Below, one piece after another: positions 11,736 through 22,894 of a DNA stretch of 64,000 nucleotides. Source of the DNA: Malacoraja senta (lineage: Eukaryota); contig CM075977.1 of the NCBI GenBank assembly GCA_038087875.1, positions 97,960,001 through 98,024,000 on the forward strand, in the 5' to 3' direction. Under the pieces are notes generated by a model, which made no database searches, was not told the DNA's origin, and worked only from the letters and a program-made list of their open reading frames with translations. The translations under genes were made by a program, and so were the position numbers. Position 1 is the stretch's first letter, and each line of letters opens with the position of its first letter.

Positions 11736-12481
11736 TCTGTGGAGTGTGGAAGGAAACCGAAGATCTCAGAGAAAACCCACGCAGGTCACGGGGAGAAAGT
11801 ACAAACTGCATACAGACAACGCCTGTAGTCAGGATGGAACTCGGGTCTCTGGTGCTGTAAGGCAGCAACTCTCCCGCTGCCAGACAGAGGTTTTTAAAAA
11901 AAAAGATGAAGCATTAAATCCTAATTTTTACATTCTATGCCCCAACCTGTGAAGGCAAACAGGCCATAATTCCCAACTTATCTGCGGTGTGGATGGTCAA
12001 GCCTATTCCCCCACCCCACCCCTCCAAAAAAACAGTAGCTCTAGTGGAATCAGTCCAGCAATATTTGCCCCCCATCTTGATGGCAGATTATTAGATGTCT
12101 GTTAAAAGGGATCCCCGGAACATTGTGAGTGTGATGTTATCAAGCTAGCCAAGCAATACTCTATTCTGAGCCATGGAAAAATATTCTAGTACACCCTTCA
12201 GAAAGGAACGTGCACTTTCTATACATTCTACTGAGTGTAAAGGCAGAATGATACAAAATCTAAAATGCCGTGATAAATAATTCTAACTTTAAAGTGTGTT
12301 ATACATTGAAACATTCTCTGTGGGTAAATTGTAATATATTTAGAAAAAACACATAGCCTTGGGATTGAGGATGATTTGATCCTACTCAGAGATGACTCAT
12401 AAGCCAATGTGGAACAGCACATTCTTCCACAGATGGAGCAGGAGGTAAAAACAATGGGGTGCCTGACAGGACAAAACAAGT

Positions 12482-13075
12482 GTGTAGGAATGAACTGCAG
12501 ATAGAAACCTAGAAAATACTGTAGGTGCAGGAGAAGGCCATTCGGACCTTCGAGACAGCACCGCCTTTCAATATGATCATGGCTGATCATCCAAAATCAG
12601 TACCCCGTTCTTGCTTTTCCCCCCATATCAACTTGATTCCGTTAGCCCTAAGAGCTATATCTAACTCTCTCTTGAAAACATCGTGAATTGGCCTCCCCTG
12701 CCTTCTGTGGCAGAGAATTCCACAGATTCACAACACTCTGGGTGAAAAGGTTATTCCTCATCTCAGTCCGAAATGGCCGACCCCTTATTCTTAAACTGTG
12801 ACCCTTGGTTCTGGACTCCACCAACATCGGGAACATTTTTCCTGCATCTAGCCTGTCCAATCCTTTAAGTTTCAACCGCTGGTTTAAACTGAAGGTAGCC
12901 ATAAAATGCTGGAGTAACTCAGCGGGTCAGACAGCATCTCTGGAGAAAAGGAATCGGTGACGTTTCAGGTCAAGTCTGAAGAAGGGCCTCGATCCAAAAC
13001 GTCACCTATTTCTTTCTCTAGAGATGCTTGTATGACCCGCTGAGTTATTCCAGCTTTTTGCGTCTAACTTCGGAC
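12482..13075. mobile_element. Penelope-derived palindromic element interrupted by CR1
   Basis: The left arm starts TGTAGGAATGAACTGCAGAT and resumes at about 12878. The hammerhead-like centre CTGAAGAAGGGCCTCGATCCAAAACGTC lies at about 12976, followed by the inverted right arm. Confidence 0.75.
12500..12868 (-). mobile_element. 5'-truncated CR1 3' end
   Basis: ORF 12648-12902 (KGLDRLDAGKMFP..VVNLWNSLP) plus a CR1 3' UTR. Confidence 0.88.
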
Positions 13076-13939
13076 AAACAAGTGGATAGATACTGAGCTT
13101 GTGCACTCCTCCTGCCATTTCTGCAGATCTTCTCTGTGCTACCAATGCATGGACTCATGTTTCATTATACAGCCCGTTAGATCCTGAATGTGTGGTCATG
13201 AGCCAGGGACTCCCAAGATTTAGTGAGGATGCTGGATTTTTAAGAAACTCCTGTCCACCTGGTCATCTTTTTTTCCGTGGCTCAGAATAGTGAAATAGAA
13301 TAATTAAACACAAGTCTGGTGTTGAGGAAATGTACATGTAAGATTGAAATAGATAGATTTACAAGCAGACGTAAAGAGAAATATGCAAGAAAATGGACTT
13401 GGATGGCAGATTATTATGCTTCTGAATGGTGGGGAAGGTTTTCGGAATATAATGTCTTAACCCTGCTCTCCTCCTTAAGACTCAGGCAACGGTATAGCTT
13501 CCCAATGGAAACCAATAAACGTAATTAGTGATTAAATGCAAGTAGTGACTGGGAGCAAGTAATAATAATTATGGATTGGCATCTCATTAAATGCTCACTT
13601 CAGCCTCGTTAATCTGATTTATTTCTTATAATATATCATATTTAGTATAATTGTAAGGAACTGTTTCTTAAGCAGCACAGCCTAAGGGGAATCGAATTAC
13701 TGACAACATTAAGATTTCCACATTAAACCAAAATGAAAGTCTCAGCATCATTACCAGCACAGTATCTGGGCGCATGTTATATTCATCTCAAGACCAATTA
13801 ATGGAAAATAAATTACAGGCAGTCTTTTATACATTCCAGAAAACTATTCTATCTACTGAGTTAAAAGGCTAGGCTTTCACTTGATGTATACTTGATTTAT
13901 AGCACACTGACACTTGCAGTAGGTTGAACTTGCGTGATA

Positions 13940-14330
13940 TATTTTATTTACAATGGTAAGAAATCCAGGGCCACATGGGGATGCTGTCCTTCAACGCTGG
14001 TGGTCTCAGGCTTGCCCCGGCAGCTCAGTCCTGGTCTTCAAAAGAGGAGGCATGATGATCTCAGGCCTTTACCTGGCGGCTCAGCTTTTGGGCTTGAAAA
14101 GGTGGCACTGGTGGTCTCAAGATTTTCCTGGCAGCTCAGGCTGTAGGCACAGTCCCTCGTTGTCCATGGACAGGTAAAGGCACTTGCCCCAGCCACTCAG
14201 TCGTAGTCTCAGTAGAGGTGCTGCCTGTCTGGGGCTTCTTCTCAGCAGCTCAGTCTTTACCATATGATGGCACTGGTGGTCCCGTGTTTGTCCCAGTTTT
14301 CCTTGAACCTACAACGGGGAATACAACTAG
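13940..14330 (-). repeat. Unclassified repeat related to 15850-16560 (possible LTR fragment)
   Basis: Shares the blocks CTGG(T/C)GGTCTCAGG, CAGCCACTCA..CTCAGTAGAGGTGCTG and GTTTGTCCCAGT with the 16 kb copy. Confidence 0.5.
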
Positions 14331-14467
14331 CAAGGAAGTGACCCACTTTTTTTTTCCTTCTCTCTCCCTTTTCCCTTTCCCTTCTTCTCTCTCCCTTTCC
14401 CTTCTTCTCTCACCCTTTCCCTTCTTCTCTCTCCATTTCCCTCTTCTCGCTCCCTTTCTCTTCTTCA

Positions 14468-14651
14468 TGAGCGACATGTCGGCAGGGGTCGCCTGTATGG
14501 TCGTGAGAGTTCTCCTATGGTCGTGAGAGGTCTCCAAAGAGTTGTACCGTCTTTCTAGTCACCGCTGAATTTTCAACATGTTCAAAATTTCGGCGACCTA
14601 TGACTGGTGCCGGCAGTCGCCTGTAACGGTCGCGTAAGTGGGACAGGCCCT
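14468..14651. mobile_element. Harbinger-type MITE, one end only
   Basis: Ends GTGGGACAGGCCCT|TTA and has the internal palindrome AATTTTCAACATGTTCAAAATT. No left TIR found. Confidence 0.7.
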
Positions 14652-15849
14652 TTAGTTTTCTCTCTCCACTGAGCGCCTGGAGATTATGTCCAACTTTTTC
14701 AATTTTTATAACAAAGAAACTCTCCTGGAACTATTTTTTGTGGCTGCAGGAGCTTGTCAGGGTTAGTATATTCTGCATTGGCACTCAATTCCTGACCTCA
14801 CAAAGGTTCTACTATATTCAGCTTTAAAGACATTGCAGAATTGTTCCTACTCATCACCATTAATGCAACTGCAAAGACACTGAGGAAGCTTCAATTGACT
14901 TAGAACAATGTAGCAGTCTTAAAAACCAACACATTCATTACACTCGCCACTGACCTACGGGTTGCACTCGCTCACTGTCATCTACCAAATAAATGCCAGC
15001 AAATCATTCAAGCGTCCTCAGCAACACATGAAAAATCATTAATGTTGAACAATTAGAAGGCAAGGAAGTGGAGGAATTTTGGTATTATGGTACATTAAAC
15101 CTGCAAGGAGACATCATAGTCTCACACCATCATGAGCTGGTAATAGAAACTCCCATTCCTTTCGAGATTTTCATTTATAATATTGGAGCAGCCCATGTAA
15201 CAGCAGGAGGAGAGTTTCTTCATCACGACTTTACCGCATATTAGGATGCCACTTCTCAGCAGTTTCAATGACAATTCAGGTCAGTCGTTAAATGCTCACA
15301 TCCCAATAATGTTCTTCTAGCACCAGAGATTCTCTGAGATCCAGAGTCCTACAGTTCCTATTGTTGGCATCACTTTGTTATGAATCATCTCAGTAACTAC
15401 TTTGCTACCCAACCACTACAATGCAGTGGTTGTTGGATAATTGCAGTGGAGATATGTAACAGCAGATGGCTTGAAGGGTTATTGCAAGGAGCCCCAGACT
15501 TAAGTGATCTGATTTTAAACAATGCTGGCTGACTGCAAGCCTTGGTAGACTTGGTTGACAGTCAATAGTGATACTGGTGGGGAATTAGCAGCGATAGGAG
15601 CCAACCTGGGAGTGAATTCATGCTCCACGGAGTCCTTGCCACTTCTCTGTTCAGGACCGCAGCAATCCTAGTAATCTCTCAGATTGGCAGAAAACCCTCA
15701 CAGTGTCTGCAAACAGTTGTACGCACATGATGCTTGCACTCACTCTGAGCCTTGTCGACGCACTCACTCATTTGGTGGTTTCTGTCTGAGAGAACTGGCC
15801 ATTACCCTTATGCTTAAAAGGATGGGCTCTGGGTTCCACACAAAGCCAC

Positions 15850-16560
15850 TGTGGCATCGGGAACAATGCCGGGTCAGTCAGTGACCACACCGACACTCGC
15901 AGAAGGGTGATTTCATTATTTTACAGTGATACGAAAGAACAGGACTGCACGGTGGTGCTGCCCCTTGACATCAGGGCGCATTACAGTGGCGCTGGCCATC
16001 TTGGGGTTGTCTCGGCAATTCAATCCGTGTCTACGAAGGAGGAGATGTGGCAATCCCAGGCTTCTCCCTGCCGCTCACCATTACCTTGAGACGAGGCGCT
16101 GGCGGTCTCAGGTTCACACTGGCGGCTTAGCTTCGGGCTTGAGGAGACGGTGCTGGCGGTCTCTGGATTATCCTCGTGGCACAGTCTTTACCTCTGTGTG
16201 TGTGTGTGGGCACAATCCCTCATTGACCGTGGGCACGAAGAGGCACAGGCATCTCAGGTTTGCCACAGCCACTCAATCTTAGCCTCAGTAGAGGTGCTGG
16301 CTGTCGAGGGCTTTTACCCGGCAGTCAGGTCTTGACTACATAGTGCTGCTTGTGATCTCGGGTTTGTCCCAGTGACTCAGTCTTCCTCGAACTGTCTCTC
16401 CTCTAGCTCAGATGTCTGGATTTTATAAGGAGTAGGTTGACGAGGTTCAAGTGATTTTGGCTAATTGGACCCAACTGTTACCTATGATGGTGGGGATTGG
16501 CCTCTTTTACCTGTCAGCCAGTGATAGGGATCAGAACGGCATCCAAGGGAACGGCACACC
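15850..16560 (-). mobile_element. Putative solo LTR
   Basis: On the minus strand, CCAAT motifs (about 16465 and 16497) precede TATAAAA (about 16420-16428) and an A-rich polyA-signal-like motif near 15915. A related copy lies at 13940-14330. Termini are not clearly resolved. Confidence 0.35.
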
Positions 16561-16580
16561 ATATGCAAGAAACATTGCAC

Positions 16581-17134
16581 TTCCCCCTCCTCCATCCCAC
16601 AACACCCCACCCAACCCCATCCCACCACACACCACCCGACCCAACCCCATCCCACCCCCCTCCCCCCACCCAACCCCTGCCCCCCCACACCACCCCCCTC
16701 CCCCCTACATCACCCCACCCAACCCCATCCCACCCCCTGCCCCCCACACCACCCCACCCAACCCCATCCCACCCCACCCAACCCCCTGCCCCCCACACCA
16801 CCCCACCCAACCCCATCCAACCCAACACCACCCCACCCAACCCCATCCCATCCCACGCAACCCCCTGCCACCCACCACTCCACACAACCCCATCCCACCC
16901 CACCCCATCCCCCCACTCAACCCCATCCCACCCCACACTACCCCACCCAACCCCCTCCCCCCCACACCACCCCACCCAACCCCATCCCCCCCACACTACC
17001 CCACCCAACACACTCCCCCCCTACCACCACCATTTTAAATTCCATTTGGAATATTTTGGAGGACCAAGAAACCAAGAACCACCCCACCCAACCCCATCCG
17101 ACCTCATCTGACCCCATCCCCCCCCCCCCCCCAC
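16581..17134. repeat. C-rich low-complexity satellite based on (CCCCA)/(CCCAA)/(CCCAT) units
   Basis: Directly visible. It explains the spurious Pro/Gly-rich ORFs. Confidence 0.95.
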
Positions 17135-17334
17135 CTCAAGCATTTTCAACATCTTATATAGGATTTGGGGTTGAACTGATAGTATTCTGAACACCTCCGT
17201 GTGCATGCACATCAGCTAGTGTTTAAGGGCAGACGTTAAAATTGTACCTAAATATTCTGAAACAGTTGATGTCAGTTCTCCATTTTGAATCATTTCTCAA
17301 CTTTGGTTTCATTCTGTTGTAGATCATATTAGTG

Positions 17335-17560
17335 GAGACACAAGAGACTTTGGTGCTAGAATCTTGAGAAGAAGACAAACTGTTGGAGGAACTCAGCTGA
17401 GGGAAATGGACAGATGACATTTGGGTTAAGACCTTTCTGCAGATTGGTGGAGTAGAGGGGGGCCCCCTCTACTCCATCAGTTTGAAGAAGGTTCTGATCA
17501 AAATGTTGTCAGTCCATGTCCCACAGGAAAAGCTGCCTGACCCTCTGTGTTCCTCTGCTT
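17335..17560. mobile_element. Degenerate Penelope-derived palindromic element
   Basis: Inverted arms surround a central hairpin TGGAGTAGAGGGGGG/CCCCCTCTACTCCA, with a TTGAAGAAGG remnant. Confidence 0.55.
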
Positions 17561-17821
17561 AGCCACAAACTGTGAACTCAAGTACCAATCAAACCAAACC
17601 AAACCTCTGAGGAACCTGTCCCCCCTCTGGCTTAGCTGCAGGATGCCTTGTGACTCACCAATTACAAATTCCTCCTCTAAACTATCCTGTACTTTTTGAG
17701 AAGTGGCAGGATCTGAGCTGGAGGAAGCACATGCCAGATGAAGTGAAGCAGTATTTTCTTCTGAGTCTGTAGGCTCATCAGCTGGGGATTGGACAGGTTT
17801 AAATTCCCTCAATAGCAAGAA

Positions 17822-17968
17822 TGTCCTTCCTCAAATTAGAGGACCAAAACTGCACACAATACTCGAGGTGTGGTCTCACTAGGATTCTGTACAACTGCAG
17901 AAGGACCTATTTGCTCCTATACTCGATTCCTCTTGTTATAAAGGCCAAGATGCCATTCGCTTTCTTCG
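17822..17968 (-). mobile_element. Short internal CR1 fragment
   Basis: Reverse complement of roughly 730-885. Confidence 0.8.
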
Positions 17969-18059
17969 AGTTGGCATGTTAGAGCTCCACATTTATTCCA
18001 TCTTCATTTTATAAGCACAAAGAAATTGTGCAATTAAGGAGAACTGGGATGTGAGACGA

Positions 18060-18373
18060 AAGATTAAAAATGAACACGTTTCATGATCTCAATTCCTCAG
18101 TTGAACACGTTTTCTACGGTGGACAAGACCACCATTGTTGTAATCTTTCAAGGAATATAAAAAGCAGCATTTGCACCCTCTTGTTGGAATTCATGGCCCA
18201 GGACCACTCTGAATGGAGGACATATGGTGGTCACGAGAACACAGAAGCCCTGTGCAAATGAAGGAAGGTGTGCACCATCTTATAAACTGCTCACCCGCGT
18301 GCTTTGTCCTGTCTGCAATTTCCACGTCAACCTTATCTGGCACCTTGCAACCCACAAAACCAGAGTGGAAGCA
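18060..18373 (+). mobile_element. Degraded RTE-clade LINE 3' end; target of the DIRS insertion
   Basis: Remnants MAQDHSEWR and CPVC..HVNLIWHLATH resemble the RTE C-terminal Zn-finger. The 3' UTR GTGGAAGCA continues after the DIRS as (ATT)CATTCTC. Confidence 0.55.
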
Positions 18374-18561
18374 ATTTTACTTCGGAGTCACGTGAGTGAC
18401 TACGTGAAGAACCCCGCCAGTACGCCTGCGCGTCATTACGTCAGACGCCTTGACGCAAACGGACGTGAGGAGCAGTGCTCCTCGAGTGGTTTGTAGTTTT
18501 TCAACTACAAGGTAAGTAAAAACTTTTTTACAGGTTTTCCAGGTCCGTTTACTGTGGGTCT

Positions 18562-19531
18562 ATGGCGATTTTTTCCACAGACGCCATGGGAAAAAACGGA
18601 CAGGGGGAAGAGGCGAGCGACATAGCCGACAGAAGTCGGGAAAGTCGGGAGTCCGCGGTTAGAGACCAACCGCCTCTAAACCCCGGTACAGTCGCCAGCG
18701 GTGAGCATAGCGACTGTGGACCTGGGGCTGGTGAAAACACAGTCAGCGCCTGTCGGGCAAAAGACAAAGTTTAAATCCCAACGGAGGGAGTCCCAGGCAA
18801 TGAAGAAGCTCCAGAAAGCCTTTTACACAGGCTGTTGGAGCAAAGTTCACTCAGGAAGGAGTGTTCTGAAAGCCAAGCTGCTGGAAAGCTCAAACAGCTC
18901 CTGGTACAGGGCTAGATACTGCTTTCGAGCATATTGCCCAAATAGAAGCCTTTTTCATAGGTTGTTGGAGCAAAAGTTCACTCAGGAAGGAGTGTACTGT
19001 AATCCAAGCTGCAGGAGCAGCTTAACAGCACCTGGCTCAGGGCTGATGGAATGCACCCTCAGGAATGAGGAGCGTGCTACGGGTCATGAGATTTCAGACC
19101 CCGACTCTGACGGTGAGGCTGTACAAGGCGATGAAAGGCAGCTGCCAGATGTTCCACCCCTGGTAGTAGGATTCGCTGCCCCGTCAGGGTCAGGAGAGCC
19201 ATTAGGAAGAACTGGCCTCCTTAATAAATTACTTGGTTTACCATTAGCTGGAACAGCATGAAATGGATGAGACTGCAAGAGTATCTGGAATCAGTTGCAG
19301 AGAATATTAAAGCTGCTGGGTTCTGGAATAACTGCTTTTACCAGAATAGCAGGTAACAACCAAAAGATGACGAAGTTGCATCAGCAAGCACTGGGGTTGC
19401 TATGCAGCACCCACTTCGAGAAGTGCTATACGGTCTACTATGAATCCGAAATTCGCAGCACTCTGCAAACCAAGTAATATACAATTACCCAACTTACTCT
19501 TTGGAGAGATCTCGGGAGACGTATTAAAGAG
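18562..19531 (+). pseudogene. DIRS gag-like ORF1 remnant
   Basis: Broken ORFs 18562-18774, 18701-19261 and 19295-19477 lie upstream of RT. Assignment is by position. Confidence 0.55.
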
Positions 19532-21203
19532 TTGGAAGATGAAGCGAAAACAGGATTGATGAAGACATCAATGGTTGTGAAGTCTGTAAAGAGGAAGTAT
19601 CCTTTCAGACGTCATACGGATCCTGGACCAAGTCGCTCATCAACGCAGGGACGTAGTTGGCGGCCTGCAGCGGGAGCAAGAACCAGTGGGCGTGCTTCCG
19701 GGAGAACCCAGGAATCTCAGGGTACTCAAATGACTCAAGAGGTAGGTGGACCTGGTTCTCATGGGAACATACTAACTGGATTAAGTCCAAAAGTTGGAGG
19801 CAGGTTACATTTCTTCTATAATAATTGGAAGAAAATTACTTCAGATGTGGTAATCCTGAATAATATACAAGGATTTCGAATTGAATTCAATCCAAATTAT
19901 GATTTGCCTGTTCAGCATGTTCCTAGCCGAACTCTGCACTTTGTACAAAAAGAAGTGATGGAGGTTCAGGTTGCAATTGAAACCCTATATAAAAAAGGGG
20001 TTATTGAAAAATCAGTCTACCAAAGTCACCAATTTGTGTCAAATATATTCCCTCGATCAAAAAAGGATGGAGGATGTAGGATTCTTGTAGATTTGATAAA
20101 TCTGAATCCTTTTGTGCAATTTAGACATTTTAAAATGGAAACATTTGTGACTGCCAAACAGCTTATTTCAGAAGCATGTTATATGGCAACTATAGACTTG
20201 AAAGATGCATATTATTCAGTGTCTGTTCATTCAGAAGATAGGAAGTATCTTAAATTTAAATGGATGAACCAGTTGTGGCAGTTCAAAGCTCTGCCTAATG
20301 GGTTAATATCTGCACCCAGAATATTCACAAAATTGTTAAAACCAATTCTGGGCTTGCTGAGTAGCCAGGGGCATGTACTAATGGCATATTTGGATGATGT
20401 CTTGTTTATAGGAAAGACAAAACAGTCAACAGAAGTATCTGTTGCAGTTGTGAAATCAACTTTTGAAAATTTGGGGTTTCTAATTCATCCACAGAAATCT
20501 AGGTTAACACCATGTACCTCTATTAATTATTTGGGGTTCACAATTGATTCAGTCCAAATGAATATTACTTTGCCCAGGGAAAGGGGTGGATTTGATTAAA
20601 GATTGCAGTAATCTCCTAAACGAGCAAAAACCTTCAATTAGACAGGTGGCTCGTGTACTGGGAAAATTAGTAGCAGCATTCCCAGCAGTCCAATTCGGAC
20701 CATTACATTATCAACAGCTGCAGAGACTTAAAGAACAGGCACCGAGAATGCATGTTGGTCATTTTGATAGAACCATGCAACTAACAACAAATGCTGTTTC
20801 TGATCTGCAGTGGTGGATTCTACATGTCTCAAGCAGTTCCAGCAAAGTGCTGATTGAACAACCTTCCATGATATTACAAACTGATGCCAGTGCACCAGGA
20901 TGGGGTGCAACTGACTTAACATCTAGCTGAGAAGGCAGATGGAATCAGGAAGAGTCATTGTTACTGCAGACATGGGGAATTAACTATTTGGAGCTTCTAG
21001 GATGTTTCTATGGGCTCCAAGCTTATTGTTCTAACACAACTAATAAGCATGTTCAAGTTCAAATTGATAACACAACAGTAGTTGTTTATATTAATGATAT
21101 GGAATTAAGTCGGTGTCTTGTGACAAAATGGTTAATCAACTTTGGGCTTGGTGTATTGAAAAGAACATTTGGATTTCAGCTATCTATCTACCAGGTAGAA
21201 TGA
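19532..21203 (+). pseudogene. DIRS reverse transcriptase-RNase H
   Basis: Motifs KKDGGCRILVDL, IDLKDAYY, LPNGL..APRIFTK, AYLDD, YLGF and RNase H TDAS..GWG, INYLEL, IDN. Frameshift near 20590, stop at 20928. Confidence 0.92.
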
Positions 21204-21252
21204 ACGATAGCAGACACCAGGTCACGAAAAGTTCCATGATAATAAAGAATGG

Positions 21253-21633
21253 ATGTTGAATCAAGAGGTATTCAATGATATAGTCATCAGATTTGGAATG
21301 ACCGACATCGACTTGAATCATCAGCTATCGAGATATGTCTCATGGAAACCAGATCCAGGAGCAGTGGCGATTGATGCTTTCTCGCTACATTGGGGTGGTA
21401 TGTTTTCATATATATTTCCACCTTTATGCCTCATAAGCCAATGTTTGCTTAAAATCAGGCAAGATGCTGCTTCAAGGGTATTGGTAGTACCAGATTGGCC
21501 TACACAGCCATGGTATCCGTTGATATTAGAATTAACAACACAAATGTTGATGAAAGTCCCAAAAAAGAGTAATTTATTGCTGCACCCTGTACAGGGGAAC
21601 AACATCCATTATATGATCGTTTGGATTTGTTGA
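21253..21633 (+). pseudogene. DIRS DNA N6-adenine methyltransferase-like (MT) domain
   Basis: DAFSLHWGG..YIFPP and VVPDWPTQPWYP motifs sit downstream of RNase H, as in DIRS1-group elements. Confidence 0.8.
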
Positions 21634-21649
21634 TTTGCAGGTTTTAAGA

Positions 21650-22612
21650 ATGCCTTTTCTGGGACGAGGACTGTCTGAGCATACTGTGGACATGCTTACG
21701 GCAGCCTGGAGGAAGAGCACTCAAAAACAGTACCTTTCTTATATTAAGAAATGGGAAGAGTTCTGGGTACAAAAGAATGTGCAATAAAGTACTGCAGATA
21801 TTTCAAATGTTTAGAATTTCTGTCAAAACTTTATTATGATGAAGGTCTGAGTTGTAGTGCAATTAATTCAGCCAGAAGTGCATTGTCCTCATATTTGGTT
21901 CTGGATTCAGAAAGAAACTCAATTGGGTCACACCCAATTGTTTCCAGACTAATGAAAGGAATCTTTAATTCCAAACCACCGAAACCTAGGTACGTGACAA
22001 TCTGGGATGTAAGTGTGGTACTGAAACTACTTCGTGATGGTCATCAAGTGTGTCTTTACCTTTGGTCAAGCTCAGTATGAAAGTATTCATGTTTATGGCA
22101 TGAGTGACAGCACAACGAGTGCAAACACTTGGAAAATTACAAATAGACAGTATGGAAGTAACTGAAGACAAGGTTACATTCTATATCTATGACCTACTAA
22201 AGCAAATTAGGCCAGGTGTGACAGGATTTAAAATTATGCTGGCAGCATATCCAAATGATCCATGTCTCTGTATTAAGACATATTTATTACAATACATTGA
22301 GGTCACAAAGAATTTGAGAATACGGAAACTGGGTTTTTGATCACACACAAGAAACCACACAAGAGAGTTTCAATACAGACTATTTCCAGATGGATAAAAG
22401 AAGTCTTAACAGCTGCTGGTATTAACACTTATGTTTTTACGTCTCACTCGACTAGGGCAGCAGAAATGTCGGCGGCCAGGGCAAAAGACGGCCCCGTCGA
22501 CCATATCCTCGCAGCCGCCGGGTGGTCCAATGAGTTGATTTTTCAACATTTTTACCATCGGCCTATTGTTAATGCGGGGTTGTTTGCAGAAACTATTTTA
22601 AGTTCTGTGTAA
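21650..22612 (+). pseudogene. DIRS tyrosine recombinase, frameshifted
   Basis: SAINSARSALS, HPIVSRLMKG, PKPRY..WDV, TAQR (catalytic R), HSTR, AAGWS and FQHFY (catalytic Y) across ORFs 21751-22612. Confidence 0.9.
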
Positions 22613-22782
22613 ATTCCTCTGGTTTAAAGGGGATCTGATTCATTTCATTCTTGAAATGAATTACTGCATTTGTGGTACAAATGTTATTATGAATGCATGA
22701 TTGATTATTCTCGTTCCGAGTCAATCTATGCAGTGAGAAGCCGGGATTGATCCACGGCATGAAATCACAAAGCTTTAAAATT

Positions 22783-22894
22783 TTCACGTAGTCACTCACG
22801 TGACTCCGAAGTAAAATAGTAAGATTAAACGAGAACTTACCTAAGTTTGAAGTTTGATCTTTATTTTATGAGGAGTTACGTAGGTGATTACGTG
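22783..22894. repeat. DIRS internal complementary region (ICR)
   Basis: 22783-22817 is the reverse complement of 18374-18408. 22815-22894 is the reverse complement of 23047-23126. Confidence 0.95.

Larger units (their letters stand above)
11111..11882 (-). mobile_element. V-SINE split by two nested insertions
   Basis: SINE tail 11111-11177, middle 11416-11484 and head 11736-11882 are colinear with 2013-2320. Confidence 0.8.

Noticed and set aside
16451-17111. Pro/His-rich and Gly/Trp-rich ORFs of up to 204 aa resembling extensin-like proteins
   Set aside because: Artefacts of the stop-free C-rich satellite, open in many frames on both strands.
18508-18533. Strong donor AAGGTAAGT followed by TTTTTACAG in the DIRS leader
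   Set aside because: The implied intron (about 22 nt) is too short. The donor may pair with a distal acceptor, but this cannot be shown from sequence.
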